A stretch of 64,000 bases of DNA from Candidatus Aenigmatarchaeota archaeon. GTDB taxonomy: Archaea > Aenigmatarchaeota > Aenigmatarchaeia > QMZP01 > QMZT01. Both the position numbers and the translations under genes were made by a program. The stretch is from NCBI GenBank assembly GCA_016932735.1, contig JAFGCI010000001.1, positions 132,183 through 196,182 of the forward strand, in the 5' to 3' direction. The notes under the pieces were generated by a model. That model saw only the letters and a list, made by a program, of their open reading frames with translations, searched no databases and was not told the DNA's origin. Positions 15,740 through 26,105 of this stretch are shown piece by piece (the first letter of the stretch is position 1; each line of letters starts with the position of its first letter).

Positions 15740-18700
15740 TTATTTCTTCTTCACCAGTTTCTTAAGCTTCATAAGAGGCCCGCCACCCTTGTGTACGGCA
15801 TAAACACTTGCCTGTCTCTCATATCCGGGCATGTACGGGCTCTTGAACTGCACGATTGTCTTCTGGCTCCCAAAAGCCTTTTGCCTGCCAATTCCCCGAC
15901 CTGATGATTTTATTTTTGGTATTTTGTCCTTTATGCTATTCAGCATATTCTTCCTTTTCGGACCAATCGCCCTGTAGCCGGACCTCATGCTGTAACTTCC
16001 GTGTTTCGGTGGCAGGAGAAGATACACTAGAATACCACCGACTATGACAACGATTACAATTCCCACTATCCAGAAAGTTGTATCTGTCAAGGCGAGTCCC
16101 AGTATCTGCTGCTTCTCATTCTGTAAATCGGAGAACTGGTTATCTATCTCGCCAAGCAGGGCGTCGACTTCTTTCAGAAGCTCGTTTGCCTCCAGATAAT
16201 ATCCGGCGGCCAGCTTGGTCTTTATGTCTTCCAGCATCCTTCCTATGGTTACAATCGACCTGTTGAGTTTGGTGTAATTATCAGAAGCCACACCCCCCAT
16301 ATTCACCGTGCTGAAGTCTGCCAGGAATTCGTTGAGCATTTTTACATAAGTATCATATGTTGTATTAATCAGGAGTTTTGTCTCTTCGTTTGGCTGTATT
16401 CTTATTGTGATGTTATATTCAACAGATGCAGCCGTCCTGTCCTTGTCGTAAGCAATGAAGGTTATATTCCCAGTCCCTATATCACTTGTCTCTGATATAT
16501 TGACATCAAGCGTTGAACTGTATGTCATGAATGGCTGGAGTATGTGGTAGACACCAGAAGGTATGGGGATATTGACGCCCCTGAGGATTGATGTTGCGTT
16601 TATCTTTACATTCGAGGTGACGTTGCCGATGTTTTTTATCTTGAATTCTATAGTACCGTTTTCGCCCTGTTTTATATCAAGAAATTCTGTTATCTCCATT
16701 ATTTTTAGTGCATAGTTGTATGTATCCAGAACACATTCGTGGTTTACTGCTGAGTATCCAGCAGCGCAAACCAGTTCCAGACACGTCCCGCCTACGCAAT
16801 GATAATTTGAAGAGCAATCGTCGTCCTCATCACATTCATCCGTTGTGGATGTATCGCCTGTCGTTCCCGTATTGTCAGTAGTCGTGCTTGAGCTGCTGTT
16901 GGTGACCGTTATTATTTCGTAATCAAGGTGTGTGGAGTTGTAGAATATCTGCTGGGCTGAAGCGTTTCCATAAGCATAAACCACCGACAGCCTGAAGTCG
17001 CCGAGTGCTGTCGCCTCAGCATCTAAAGCATTGTTTAAATCTGGTCCGCATTCCATGTTCTGCCATGTCGAGGAAGAGTTGGGCAATGTATTATTATAAT
17101 AGCAATAAAGATTTACAGTGGTCTCGACTTTATAGCTGGAACTGTTTGACTGGATAAATGCTGTCACATTTGATATGTCTTCCGTCCCGTCATTGAGAAC
17201 CTGCACATATATTGTGTCGGTATTTCCTGAAGGGTATGAAAGCGATGTATCGACCCCGTAAAAGGCGACCTGAAGCTGGGGAGCGATTATATTATAGACG
17301 TTAGTGTCATTCGCCCATCCTGAATAGTTGCCGCATCCGTATGTGGCTGAAATTTCTATCTTAGTCGAATGATTTCCGGATTCTGCGACCCTCCTCTCTG
17401 TTATAGCATAGTCTTTAAATTCAAAATTGTTTAGCGGTACTGTATAATTAATAATATATAAGCCGTTGCCACCCCCGCCAAAGTATGTGACATTCGCAGT
17501 CCTGTTCCAGTCGTCCCTTCCTGAATATGAATCGTATATTACAGTAATATTTGAAGTATCAAGGCCGGTAATGGCCGTCCCATTGGAAAGCTTAACGGAT
17601 ATGTTCAATGTTACTGTGTCTTCGGGGAGGACGGCTGAGCCGTATGTTATTACATCAATAAGAGTGACATTGAGGTCTGTGGAGATATATTCCACCCTTG
17701 TATTGTTTGAGCTGACCCCCAAAACCTCATCTCTTTCCATTGTCCAGTTGTCCCCATAGTCGGCGGTGGCATTTATGGATGTATTGCAGTTCCTGGCTAT
17801 CAGCCCTGTATAGTTTATATAAGCCTCTTCTCCAGGATTAAGAGACGCAATTGTGACAGAGGAATTTGTCGTCGTATAGTAAGAGAAACTGACATTAGTA
17901 ACGTTCGTAACCGGTGCCGTTCCTATATTTTTGACGATTACGGTTGCATTGAATTCCTGCCCTCCGTAAGGAGATCCGGGAGTTATTGTTATATCGTATA
18001 TGATAAGGTCTGACCTGTTCCCGACATACAGCGTCCTGTTAGACGATGCGAATGCTGTGTTATTTTCAGAGTCGTAGCACTGCACATTCCATATGTATGT
18101 TCCGTTATGGTTCGTGCTGTTGTTCATGCCGTCAACAGAGAATGTCGTAAGCGTGTTGTTTTCCATGGTGGAATTCGTCTGGTTTATATCCCATGCGCCA
18201 CCTGAAGAGTTCGTAAGCCAAAGGCTACAGTTTGCGAATCCGGAGAAGTCGGTAGCCGTGAAATTGAATGTTACTGCATTCCCGTCATCGTCCCACCAGC
18301 TATCCGAAGTGTTGAGGACTACGGAAGGCGCCGTATTGTCAATTACGATTGACTGGTTCTCCGCTGTCGAATTGCCGTTTCCTGCAAGGTCAATCATTGT
18401 TATGTTTATGTTATACCTGCCATCCGCGGGTACTGTCGAAAGCGATATGTTCTGGGTAGTCGTATTTGTTCCGGCTGTTATGTTAGATGTATTGGATGCA
18501 GAATAAACAGAATAGCCCGTTGCGTTCGTTATGTTGATTATGAATGAAGCGGGATTTGCTTCTGTATAGCTGAAATTCATTGTGAAGTTTATAGTTGAAT
18601 TTATAGTCTTAAGATAGGCCGGCGTCGAGTTCGTCGGCGAGTTAACCAAAAGCTGTGCGGGCGTGTTATCAATTACAAGCGATCCGTTCTCCCTTGTCGA

Positions 18701-19780
18701 GTTTGAATTTCCCGCCCTGTCATAAAGCGTTATCTCTATATCATAGTTCCCGTCGGCAAGAAGTCCGGGATAGTCCATTGATACGTTCTGAGCCTTTGAT
18801 AAAGATGAGCCTCCTGTTATAATGCTTGAATTTGTCACATTGTGAACACAGTCCCCCGTGCTGTTGGTTATGTTTATCCAGTACAAAGCCGGATATAGCT
18901 CCGTATAGGTGAAATCAATTGTGAAATTGATGTAATTGCTTACGTTCTTCTGATAGGTCGGTGTTGCGTTGAGCGGTGAAACCATCGCCAGAGACGGCGT
19001 TGTATTATCGATTGTGACCACCCTCGTTTCAGAGAACTCATCTGCAGTTCCGTCGTCGTCTGAATCGCATCCGATGAACCACGAATAAAGCGTGTTGGAA
19101 AGCGTGGAATTTGCTGTTATGTTTGTATTCGTTGCATTGCCCGCTGTCGTGTTTCCATATGGGGTTGTTACTGAGTCTACGAACAATGTGCAGTTGATCG
19201 TTGTGTTGTATTCCGACAGGAATGTGAAATTGAACTGCGGCTGAGTGTCATTGATGTAGCTCATGCTGGCAGGGTATGTAAGGTTTATGGAATCTATATA
19301 CGGGTCGAATGATATGTTCACCCAGTCAGTTCCATTAAACATCAATAGGGTAAAGTTCCATTTGCCGTAAAGCGGCTCTGTCATGTTTATTTCGACCATG
19401 AAGGGATATACGATATCATTTACAAATGGCAGGTTTTCTATGATGTTCGTGGTTATCTCCGTGCAAGGTATCTGGCTGCAGTTGTATATGGTGAAATTGA
19501 CATCAGTTGTTCCGAAGGTCGCGCTGTTGTTAAATGTTATATTGTATACCCCATTAAGCGTGGCATTATTGCTTGTCATATTGATATATGCAGTGCATCC
19601 CGGATAGCATGAGTACGAAGACTTATCCGAAACGAAAGTCACATTCCAGGGCATTGCCGTATAAGTAAAACCTACCGCAACGCTTGCCAAACCAAAAACC
19701 AAAAAACAAACAAAAACCAAAGTCGATATTGAAAAGTATCTCGAATTAACTATCCTATTCCCCACCATTATCCCACTCAT
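15740..19780 (-). CDS. Large 1,346-aa cell-surface glycoprotein, a candidate S-layer or envelope protein. It has an N-terminal signal or TM segment, a very high density of N-x-S/T sequons, a predicted secondary-structure-rich Cys pair, and a C-terminal TM anchor with a basic tail.
   Basis: N-terminus ...YFSISTLVFVCFLVFGLASVAVGFTY. There are more than 100 N-x-S/T sequons, e.g. NMTSNNATLNGVYNITFNNSATF. The C-terminus is LTDTTFWIVGIVIVVIVGGILVYLLLPPKHGSYSMRSGYRAIGPKRK. Confidence 0.8.
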   Translation of the reverse strand: MSGIMVGNRIVNSRYFSISTLVFVCFLVFGLASVAVGFTYTAMPWNVTFVSDKSSYSCYPGCTAYINMTSNNATLNGVYNITFNNSATFGTTDVNFTIYNCSQIPCTEITTNIIENLPFVNDIVYPFMVEINMTEPLYGKWNFTLLMFNGTDWVNISFDPYIDSINLTYPASMSYINDTQPQFNFTFLSEYNTTINCTLFVDSVTTPYGNTTAGNATNTNITANSTLSNTLYSWFIGCDSDDDGTADEFSETRVVTIDNTTPSLAMVSPLNATPTYQKNVSNYINFTIDFTYTELYPALYWINITNSTGDCVHNVTNSSIITGGSSLSKAQNVSMDYPGLLADGNYDIEITLYDRAGNSNSTRENGSLVIDNTPAQLLVNSPTNSTPAYLKTINSTINFTMNFSYTEANPASFIINITNATGYSVYSASNTSNITAGTNTTTQNISLSTVPADGRYNINITMIDLAGNGNSTAENQSIVIDNTAPSVVLNTSDSWWDDDGNAVTFNFTATDFSGFANCSLWLTNSSGGAWDINQTNSTMENNTLTTFSVDGMNNSTNHNGTYIWNVQCYDSENNTAFASSNRTLYVGNRSDLIIYDITITPGSPYGGQEFNATVIVKNIGTAPVTNVTNVSFSYYTTTNSSVTIASLNPGEEAYINYTGLIARNCNTSINATADYGDNWTMERDEVLGVSSNNTRVEYISTDLNVTLIDVITYGSAVLPEDTVTLNISVKLSNGTAITGLDTSNITVIYDSYSGRDDWNRTANVTYFGGGGNGLYIINYTVPLNNFEFKDYAITERRVAESGNHSTKIEISATYGCGNYSGWANDTNVYNIIAPQLQVAFYGVDTSLSYPSGNTDTIYVQVLNDGTEDISNVTAFIQSNSSSYKVETTVNLYCYYNNTLPNSSSTWQNMECGPDLNNALDAEATALGDFRLSVVYAYGNASAQQIFYNSTHLDYEIITVTNSSSSTTTDNTGTTGDTSTTDECDEDDDCSSNYHCVGGTCLELVCAAGYSAVNHECVLDTYNYALKIMEITEFLDIKQGENGTIEFKIKNIGNVTSNVKINATSILRGVNIPIPSGVYHILQPFMTYSSTLDVNISETSDIGTGNITFIAYDKDRTAASVEYNITIRIQPNEETKLLINTTYDTYVKMLNEFLADFSTVNMGGVASDNYTKLNRSIVTIGRMLEDIKTKLAAGYYLEANELLKEVDALLGEIDNQFSDLQNEKQQILGLALTDTTFWIVGIVIVVIVGGILVYLLLPPKHGSYSMRSGYRAIGPKRKNMLNSIKDKIPKIKSSGRGIGRQKAFGSQKTIVQFKSPYMPGYERQASVYAVHKGGGPLMKLKKLVKKK

Positions 19781-19927
19781 CTCGTTTATTAGATTAAATT
19801 TCAGCCTTGTTTTATTGATGTAATTTAACTGTTATTAGATTATCATTCTGATTTATATATCCGATACCCTGAGGCTGTCTTTGAACCGAGGACATATATT
19901 TATTCGTACCCTGACATAACATATTCC

Positions 19928-21481
19928 ATGACGTCCGGGAAACAGACGAGGGGAATGAAATTCGGAGTTTATGAAGGAATCGCAGCTACTATAATGTCTA
20001 CAATAGTTTCAGCTTTCTTGGGAGTTTACATAGTCTCTTTGGGAGGCACGAACACTGATGTCGGATTTGCTCTTTCCTTTCCTGCATTGCTGACAGTTGT
20101 TGCATATATTCCGGCAGCCTACATGGCCGAGAGGGGGATAAGCAGGAAAAGGATATCGGTAGTAACATCACTTCTCTCCAGAATGCTGTGGATACCGGTT
20201 GCCTTTGTTCCGCTCCTTTTTTTTGGCGGGACGATTCCGGTTCTCATGGTAATAATGCTTGCTACATTATCGTCATTTCTGGGAGCTTTTATAACACCTT
20301 CGTGGTCTTCTCTTATGGGGGACATCGTACCCGCAGGGGAAAGGGGAAGATATTTCGGCTCAAGGAACAACAAATGCATTCTTTTTTCATTGGTTTTTGT
20401 GTTTCTTTCAGGTTTTATAATAGACTATCTGGGAAGCATTCAGGGATTCTTTTTCTCATTCATAATGGCAGGCATTGCAGGAATACTTTCCTCGGTATTC
20501 TTCATGGGTTTCCCTGACATAAGATTCCCCATTTCAGAAAAGATTAACATAAAAAGAGATATAGAATTCATCCTTTCAGATAAGAAATTCAAATACTTCA
20601 TAATATCATTTTCCGTCTTCCAGTTCGGGGTTTCCCTTGCATCACCTTTCTTCAACATTTATCTCGTAGAGTACATGAATGCCCCATATATATGGATATC
20701 TATTCTCATTCTTGCAGGAGGAATAACCAAGATTGTTTTCCAGAAAGGATGGGGCTCCCTCTCGGACAGGTTCGGCCATCTGCACATATTGCGGATAACA
20801 GCTGTCGGAGCCACATTCATACCGTTCTTCTGGATATTTGCGCCTTCCCCTGAATTCACAGTTCCGATTGAGATTCTCTCCGGGCTTTCGTGGGCAGGCC
20901 TCAATCTTGCAAGCTTCAACTTCCTTCTTGAGATAACGAAAGGAAAGAAGAGAACCATGGCCTCAGCGATATTCTGGACATTTACGGGAATAGCGCTCTT
21001 TCTGGGACCGATAATAGGCGGTCTTATAGGAGATAATTTCATAGGCCAGACAATATTCTACATGGACAACATAGAAATCATATTCTTCCTTTCGTGGATT
21101 TTCAGGGGAATCGGAACTATCATGCTTCTTAAAGCTCTATCAGGCGTCAAGACCGACCCGTATTTTTCGACACGATACGTGACAAATGAAATAATGAACA
21201 TAGGAGTATCCCATCTAACACAGCCTTTCATGATGCTTAAAATGACAAGCCATCATGCGACAAGAAAGAGTATCGGATTCCTTTTAGACCATGTAAAGAA
21301 TGCCATAAATGAAATGAAAAGGATGAAGATTGAGATTCCGGTTGGTATCAGAAAAGACATAAATAAGATAGGCAGAGAGATAAGAGCCACAAGAGAAAAC
21401 CACAGCCATCATAAAAGAAACATAGAAAGAAGGGAAATGAGAATCATTTACAGGCTCCACAAGCTCAAGCAAAAGAAATGA
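19928..21481 (+). CDS. MFS-family transporter with a C-terminal basic cytoplasmic extension.
   Basis: 517 aa with about 12 hydrophobic helices. The MFS-like loop motif is AERGISRKRISVVTSLLSRM. The C-terminal tail is highly charged (RKDINKIGREIRATRENHSHHKRNIERREMR). Confidence 0.8.
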   Translation: MTSGKQTRGMKFGVYEGIAATIMSTIVSAFLGVYIVSLGGTNTDVGFALSFPALLTVVAYIPAAYMAERGISRKRISVVTSLLSRMLWIPVAFVPLLFFGGTIPVLMVIMLATLSSFLGAFITPSWSSLMGDIVPAGERGRYFGSRNNKCILFSLVFVFLSGFIIDYLGSIQGFFFSFIMAGIAGILSSVFFMGFPDIRFPISEKINIKRDIEFILSDKKFKYFIISFSVFQFGVSLASPFFNIYLVEYMNAPYIWISILILAGGITKIVFQKGWGSLSDRFGHLHILRITAVGATFIPFFWIFAPSPEFTVPIEILSGLSWAGLNLASFNFLLEITKGKKRTMASAIFWTFTGIALFLGPIIGGLIGDNFIGQTIFYMDNIEIIFFLSWIFRGIGTIMLLKALSGVKTDPYFSTRYVTNEIMNIGVSHLTQPFMMLKMTSHHATRKSIGFLLDHVKNAINEMKRMKIEIPVGIRKDINKIGREIRATRENHSHHKRNIERREMRIIYRLHKLKQKK

Positions 21482-21487
21482 GACGGA

Positions 21488-22804
21488 TTACCTCTTTATG
21501 ACTCCGGGAATCTTATCCGACTCTATCTTTTTCTCTTCGCCGGTTTTCATGTCCCTGACGGTGAAGCGGCCTTCTGCAACTTCCCTCTCGCCGACAAATA
21601 TTGCATAAGGTATGCCCATTGAGTTGAGATAACTGAGGTTTTTGGATATCCCTCTTTTCATCAGGTCTGTCTCTGTATTTATTCCTCTTTCTCTGAGTCT
21701 TGCTGAGAGTTTTAGCGCATCCGGAAGGTTCTTTCCTATGGGAATAATGAAAGCCTCTGTTGTCGTCTTTACCGGTTCTGTCTTCCCTGATAATTTCATT
21801 GCTTCATAAATCGGCTCTATTCCGAATGAAACTCCTGTTGCAGGATAATTCTTCTTTCCGCCAAGATACATCCCTATCATTTTGTCGTATCTGCCCCCGC
21901 CCGCAACCGATGAAGTTATCTTTGAATCCTCAAGATAAACCTCAAAAACGGGTCCTGTATAGTATTCAAGTCCTCTTGCAAGAGAGAGGTCTATTCTAAG
22001 GTTTTGGACTCCCATGGACTCACAGAATTCAATCAGTTCCCTTAATTCTTTGATGCCTTCTTTTCCTTCTTCGGTCTTTACGAATTTCGAAACCTTATCG
22101 AGTATCTCGCTGTTAGTGCCCTTTATGTCGATTGAATCGAGAAGCTTCTTTATTTCGGGCTTGTCAAATCCGAGGTCGAGAAGCTCGTCACGGACTCCGT
22201 CTCTTCCGATTTTGGCAAGCTTGTCTATGGAAATTATGGCTTTCATTGAATAATCCTTGTAGCCTGCATATTCAATGATTCCGTTGAGAAGTTTCCTGTT
22301 ATTGGCCTTTATAACGAACTTGAAATCCATTTTCGTGAAAACATAATCAAGTATGCTGATAATCTCCGCATCTGCCAGCATCGATTCGACGCCGACGATA
22401 TCGACGTCGCACTGCCAGAATTCCCTGTAGCGGCCGAGCTTTATCGGGCCGTCCCTCCAGACAGGCTGCATCTGGTATCTTTTGAAAGGCATGTTAAGGT
22501 TGGGGTTCATTCCAACAACCTTTGCCATCGGAACGGTGAGGTCGAATCTCAGGCCGAGAGACCTTTCACCCTGGTCGGTCAGCTGGAAAATCTCCTTTGC
22601 TACATCGGACGCTTCTCCTGCGCCGAATTTGGCAGTGAGAACGTCGAGTCTCTCAATTGCCGGGGTTTCCAGCGGAGAGAATCCGAACAATTCAAACGTC
22701 TCCCTGAGCATGTCCATTATCTTCTGCCTCGGGATCTTGTCTTCCGGAAGGAAGTTTCTGACACCTTTAGCATCCATGAGTTCGAATTTTTCTTCTTTTA
22801 GCAT
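21488..22804 (-). CDS. hisS: Histidine--tRNA ligase (HisRS).
   Basis: 438 aa with class II aaRS motifs. The N-terminal GVRNFLPED (RDFLPEE-like) and GRYREFWQCDVDIVG (motif 2) are typical of HisRS. An anticodon-binding C-terminal domain is present. Confidence 0.9.
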   Translation of the reverse strand: MLKEEKFELMDAKGVRNFLPEDKIPRQKIMDMLRETFELFGFSPLETPAIERLDVLTAKFGAGEASDVAKEIFQLTDQGERSLGLRFDLTVPMAKVVGMNPNLNMPFKRYQMQPVWRDGPIKLGRYREFWQCDVDIVGVESMLADAEIISILDYVFTKMDFKFVIKANNRKLLNGIIEYAGYKDYSMKAIISIDKLAKIGRDGVRDELLDLGFDKPEIKKLLDSIDIKGTNSEILDKVSKFVKTEEGKEGIKELRELIEFCESMGVQNLRIDLSLARGLEYYTGPVFEVYLEDSKITSSVAGGGRYDKMIGMYLGGKKNYPATGVSFGIEPIYEAMKLSGKTEPVKTTTEAFIIPIGKNLPDALKLSARLRERGINTETDLMKRGISKNLSYLNSMGIPYAIFVGEREVAEGRFTVRDMKTGEEKKIESDKIPGVIKR

Positions 22805-22851
22805 AACATCACTTATGAATTCTTTTTAATCAGGCATTTTAATAAAGTAAC

Positions 22852-23391
22852 ATGCCTGCTAATTCGACATTAATGGCCTCCGTAGCTTCATATGTAATCT
22901 CACTGAACAGCATTTTCAACGAACTGGCCGGCTGGGGCTACATAGGAATTTTTCTCATATCTCTCATAGGGGCGGCAACCATCATCCTCCCGTTACCTTC
23001 CTTGTTTTTTGTTTTTATCATGGGAGCAGAATTGAATCCGATTCTTGTTGCATTGCTTGCCAGCGTCGGGGCAGCGATAGGAGAATTCACAGGATACGCG
23101 CTTGGTTTTGGAGGCTCTTCCCTTTCAGAGAAGAACAAGAAATGGAAGAAAGAAATAGAGAAGACGGAAAAGCTATTCCAGAAATACGGGGGGTTCTGGG
23201 TCATCGTCTTCGTAGGAGCGACACCGCTTCCCGACGATGTTGCAGGAATAGTCGCAGGGCTTTTGAAATATCCGCCAAAGAAATTCCTTCTTGCGACATT
23301 CATAGGAAAAATGATACTGCACCTTATTGTAGCGCTGGCAGGATTCTATTCCATGGGCTGGGTAGTAAATGCCATCGGCGGATTGGGTTAA
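22852..23391 (+). CDS. DedA / VTT(SNARE-associated)-family membrane protein.
   Basis: 179 aa with four hydrophobic segments. The motif YGGFWVIVFVGATPLPDDVAGIVAGLLKYPPKKFLLATFIGKM is typical of the DedA/Tvp38 family. Confidence 0.6.
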   Translation: MPANSTLMASVASYVISLNSIFNELAGWGYIGIFLISLIGAATIILPLPSLFFVFIMGAELNPILVALLASVGAAIGEFTGYALGFGGSSLSEKNKKWKKEIEKTEKLFQKYGGFWVIVFVGATPLPDDVAGIVAGLLKYPPKKFLLATFIGKMILHLIVALAGFYSMGWVVNAIGGLG

Positions 23392-23400
23392 ATCAAAGAA

Positions 23401-23787
23401 TTAGTTCTCTTCTTCAAAAAGGGAAATTCCATAGAACTTCTCAAGCCTGTCCAGCACGGAATCTTCCGGTCTGAAGCCGCTTTCCGCCCTTTTGATTAGC
23501 GAAAGCGGAAGATTGAGCTTTATTGCAACATCTTTTTGCATCATTTTCATCTGCTCTCTTTTTTCCCTAAGTATCTTTGAGAAGTCGGGATTTATTTCCT
23601 TGGGCTTGGCTTCCTCGACCTTTATTTTCGGAAGAGGAACATGCCTCCTGATTTTAACGTTCTTCTTTTTTCTTCTCAGTACCTTCCCCAAAGTAGAGCA
23701 GTTGTTGCATGTCTCCAGAACAATGCCATCAATTGATACTCTGTTGGCCTTGTCTATTCTTCGTCCGCAGACCTCACATTCCGGCAT
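23401..23787 (-). CDS. MBF1-like transcriptional regulator (N-terminal zinc ribbon plus C-terminal HTH of XRE type).
   Basis: MPECEVCGRRID...VLETCNNC is a C4 zinc ribbon. The C-terminal KILREKREQMKMMQKDVAIKLNLPLSLIKRAESG is an HTH. Confidence 0.65.
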   Translation of the reverse strand: MPECEVCGRRIDKANRVSIDGIVLETCNNCSTLGKVLRRKKKNVKIRRHVPLPKIKVEEAKPKEINPDFSKILREKREQMKMMQKDVAIKLNLPLSLIKRAESGFRPEDSVLDRLEKFYGISLFEEEN

Positions 23788-23817
23788 AAAATAGCACCAC
23801 TATTGGGATTTCAGCTA

Positions 23818-24945
23818 TTATTTTTTTGTATATATCCTTACAGATTCTATATTCCAGACGCCGGTGCCAGAGAATGATATCACATTGTCACCCTGAACAA
23901 ATTTTGTAGCATCAATAAACATTGTTGTGTGCCCTTCAACTGAAACGGGGCTGCTGATTTCTTTTCCATTGACAGCCACAATAAGGGTCCCTTGTTTATC
24001 GATTTCTGTTATGTAAATGTCCAGGCTGGCGCCGTAACGGCTTAGGTATGCATATTTATCCTGCGGGATATTTATATTCTTATCTACCCTGGCGCTTCCG
24101 CCCTCAAAAGTAATCACGTTCATCTTGGTGTTGTGCATTGTTATAATGCCGCCTGTCGCTTTAAACGACATGAGATTTGTGCCTGCTTTCAGGTCTGCAT
24201 CCGTATACCCGATTTCAAATTCGGCCCTCTCGCCTATATTATTATCATTGTAAACGACATCACCATTCAGTTTTATGAGTATTGAAGTTTCATCATCGCC
24301 GGTAGTGAAGAATGAAAACTCTCCTTTGTCCCATGTCTCAATCTCTTCGGTTGTAAGGACAAAAGGGACAACCTTCTCCGGTCCGTATTCAGCATAGACT
24401 TTCAGGTTCTCCAGCTCGTAGGAGGTCGCAGTCCAGAACATCCAGCTGGGCGCCGCCGAAATCTCAATATAATTCTTTTCCATAATCCTTTCGCTCGGTA
24501 TTTCTATATCATAATGGTTGAGGTTCGCCACGTCATTGAAGATTTCATAGCCATTCCAGTTTATCACGAGATTTCCAAGCTGGTTAGTCTTTTTCAGGTC
24601 GAAACCGACCTTCACCGATTTCAGGCTTGTTCTGACCTCTTCTACAGTCGTATCAATGTCAAATCTCTCGGAATGAGAACCCATCACTCCGCCCTGGATA
24701 CCGGTTTCCTGAAGGGTTACGAAATCATATTTCTGCGGCGTTCCCAAATCAAATGTGCCGAAGCTGACAACCTTTGCAATATTATTTCCAAGAAGGCCGA
24801 CACTTCCCACAGAAAGATTGGCTATCTCAACTTCATTGCCTGTGCTGCCATCATCAGACATTATATCAGCCAAAGGAGCGCTGAAAGCGAACAATAAAGC
24901 AAATATTACAACAACCGCAATCAAAACATAAATGAACTCATCCAT
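23818..24945 (-). CDS. Hypothetical membrane-anchored extracellular protein.
   Basis: 375 aa. The N-terminal helix is EFIYVLIAVVVIFALLFAFSAPLA, followed by a beta-rich, Thr/Asn/Gly-rich ectodomain. No recognisable catalytic motifs. Confidence 0.6.
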   Translation of the reverse strand: MDEFIYVLIAVVVIFALLFAFSAPLADIMSDDGSTGNEVEIANLSVGSVGLLGNNIAKVVSFGTFDLGTPQKYDFVTLQETGIQGGVMGSHSERFDIDTTVEEVRTSLKSVKVGFDLKKTNQLGNLVINWNGYEIFNDVANLNHYDIEIPSERIMEKNYIEISAAPSWMFWTATSYELENLKVYAEYGPEKVVPFVLTTEEIETWDKGEFSFFTTGDDETSILIKLNGDVVYNDNNIGERAEFEIGYTDADLKAGTNLMSFKATGGIITMHNTKMNVITFEGGSARVDKNINIPQDKYAYLSRYGASLDIYITEIDKQGTLIVAVNGKEISSPVSVEGHTTMFIDATKFVQGDNVISFSGTGVWNIESVRIYTKK

Positions 24946-25007
24946 GACATCGCCTCGTGTTTTATATTTTGTGAGATTGAATTATAAATTAAACGTACGC
25001 CTGTACA

Positions 25008-26024
25008 GTGAGTTATATGAAAACCATTAGAAAAGACCTTCGTGAAGGCGTCATAAAACTCAAGGTGGAAACGCCCAGCGATTTATGGCATCTGGAGAAG
25101 ATTGTGGAGCCCGGTGACCAGGCAAGAGCAGCCACAACGAGAAAGATCATAATCAACAGGGGCGGAGACCTAAAAACCGGCGAAAGGAAGAAAATGATTC
25201 TAACAGTCGAGGCCGAAAAGATGGAACTCACTGAAAGCGCTTTCAGGATTACCGGACCCATAAAGGCGGGTCCTGAAGACATTCAGCTCAATTCATATCA
25301 TACACTCCAGATTGAGATTGGAGACGAGATAGAGATAAAGAAAGTATGGAAGAAGCATCATCTTGACAGAATAAAGAAGGCTCAGGAGACCCAGCCTCTT
25401 GTCCTCATATGCATCCTTGACAGGGAAGATGCTGACATCGCAATGCTCAAGGAATCCGGGATAGAGAAACTCGGAAGGATAAAGTCGGGGGACCCTGAAG
25501 CGAGAGAAGAATATTATGCGGAAATAACTGCCTTTCTGGAAAAGGAGGAGGGATACAGCGCGCTCATTCTTGCAGGGCCCGGATTCGAGAGGGAGAATCT
25601 TCAGAAATACATGAAGGAGAAGAAGAGCCCGCTTGCGGGAAAGGCGCACCTTGTGCAGGCATCCTCGACCGGATTGTCAGGCATCAATGAAGTACTGAAG
25701 TCATCTGCGACAGCCATAATAAACAAGACGAGGATTGCAGAGGAATCTCAGTACGTCGAGAAACTGATGGAAGAGATAAAGAAGGAAGGACTCGCCGTTT
25801 ACGGACCCAAGGAAACAGAGGAAGCCGTCAATGCCGGAGCGGTCCAGACACTCCTTGTTTCAGAGAGCAAAATGAAAGATTACGAGATTCTTATGAGCAC
25901 TATTGAAAAGCTTCAGGGAAAGGTCATGATTATCGGGACAGACCATTCAATGGGAGAGCAGTTTCTTCATATGGGAGGAATCGGGGGATTCCTGAGATAC
26001 AAGCTGAAATATTATAGTGGGTGA
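25008..26024 (+). CDS. pelA: Protein Pelota (Dom34 homolog; mRNA surveillance and ribosome rescue).
   Basis: 338 aa, the typical Pelota length. It has an N-terminal Sm-like beta domain, a central domain, and an eRF1-domain-3-like C-terminus (LVSES...GGIGGFLRYKL). An alternative start MKTIRK lies at 25017. Confidence 0.8.
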   Translation: MSYMKTIRKDLREGVIKLKVETPSDLWHLEKIVEPGDQARAATTRKIIINRGGDLKTGERKKMILTVEAEKMELTESAFRITGPIKAGPEDIQLNSYHTLQIEIGDEIEIKKVWKKHHLDRIKKAQETQPLVLICILDREDADIAMLKESGIEKLGRIKSGDPEAREEYYAEITAFLEKEEGYSALILAGPGFERENLQKYMKEKKSPLAGKAHLVQASSTGLSGINEVLKSSATAIINKTRIAEESQYVEKLMEEIKKEGLAVYGPKETEEAVNAGAVQTLLVSESKMKDYEILMSTIEKLQGKVMIIGTDHSMGEQFLHMGGIGGFLRYKLKYYSG

Positions 26025-26105
26025 CATAACTTTTTAGAATCTTGTCATTCACTATATTTCAACAGCATTATTTGATTTATTATGCTGGTGATCATAGATG
26101 ATTAG

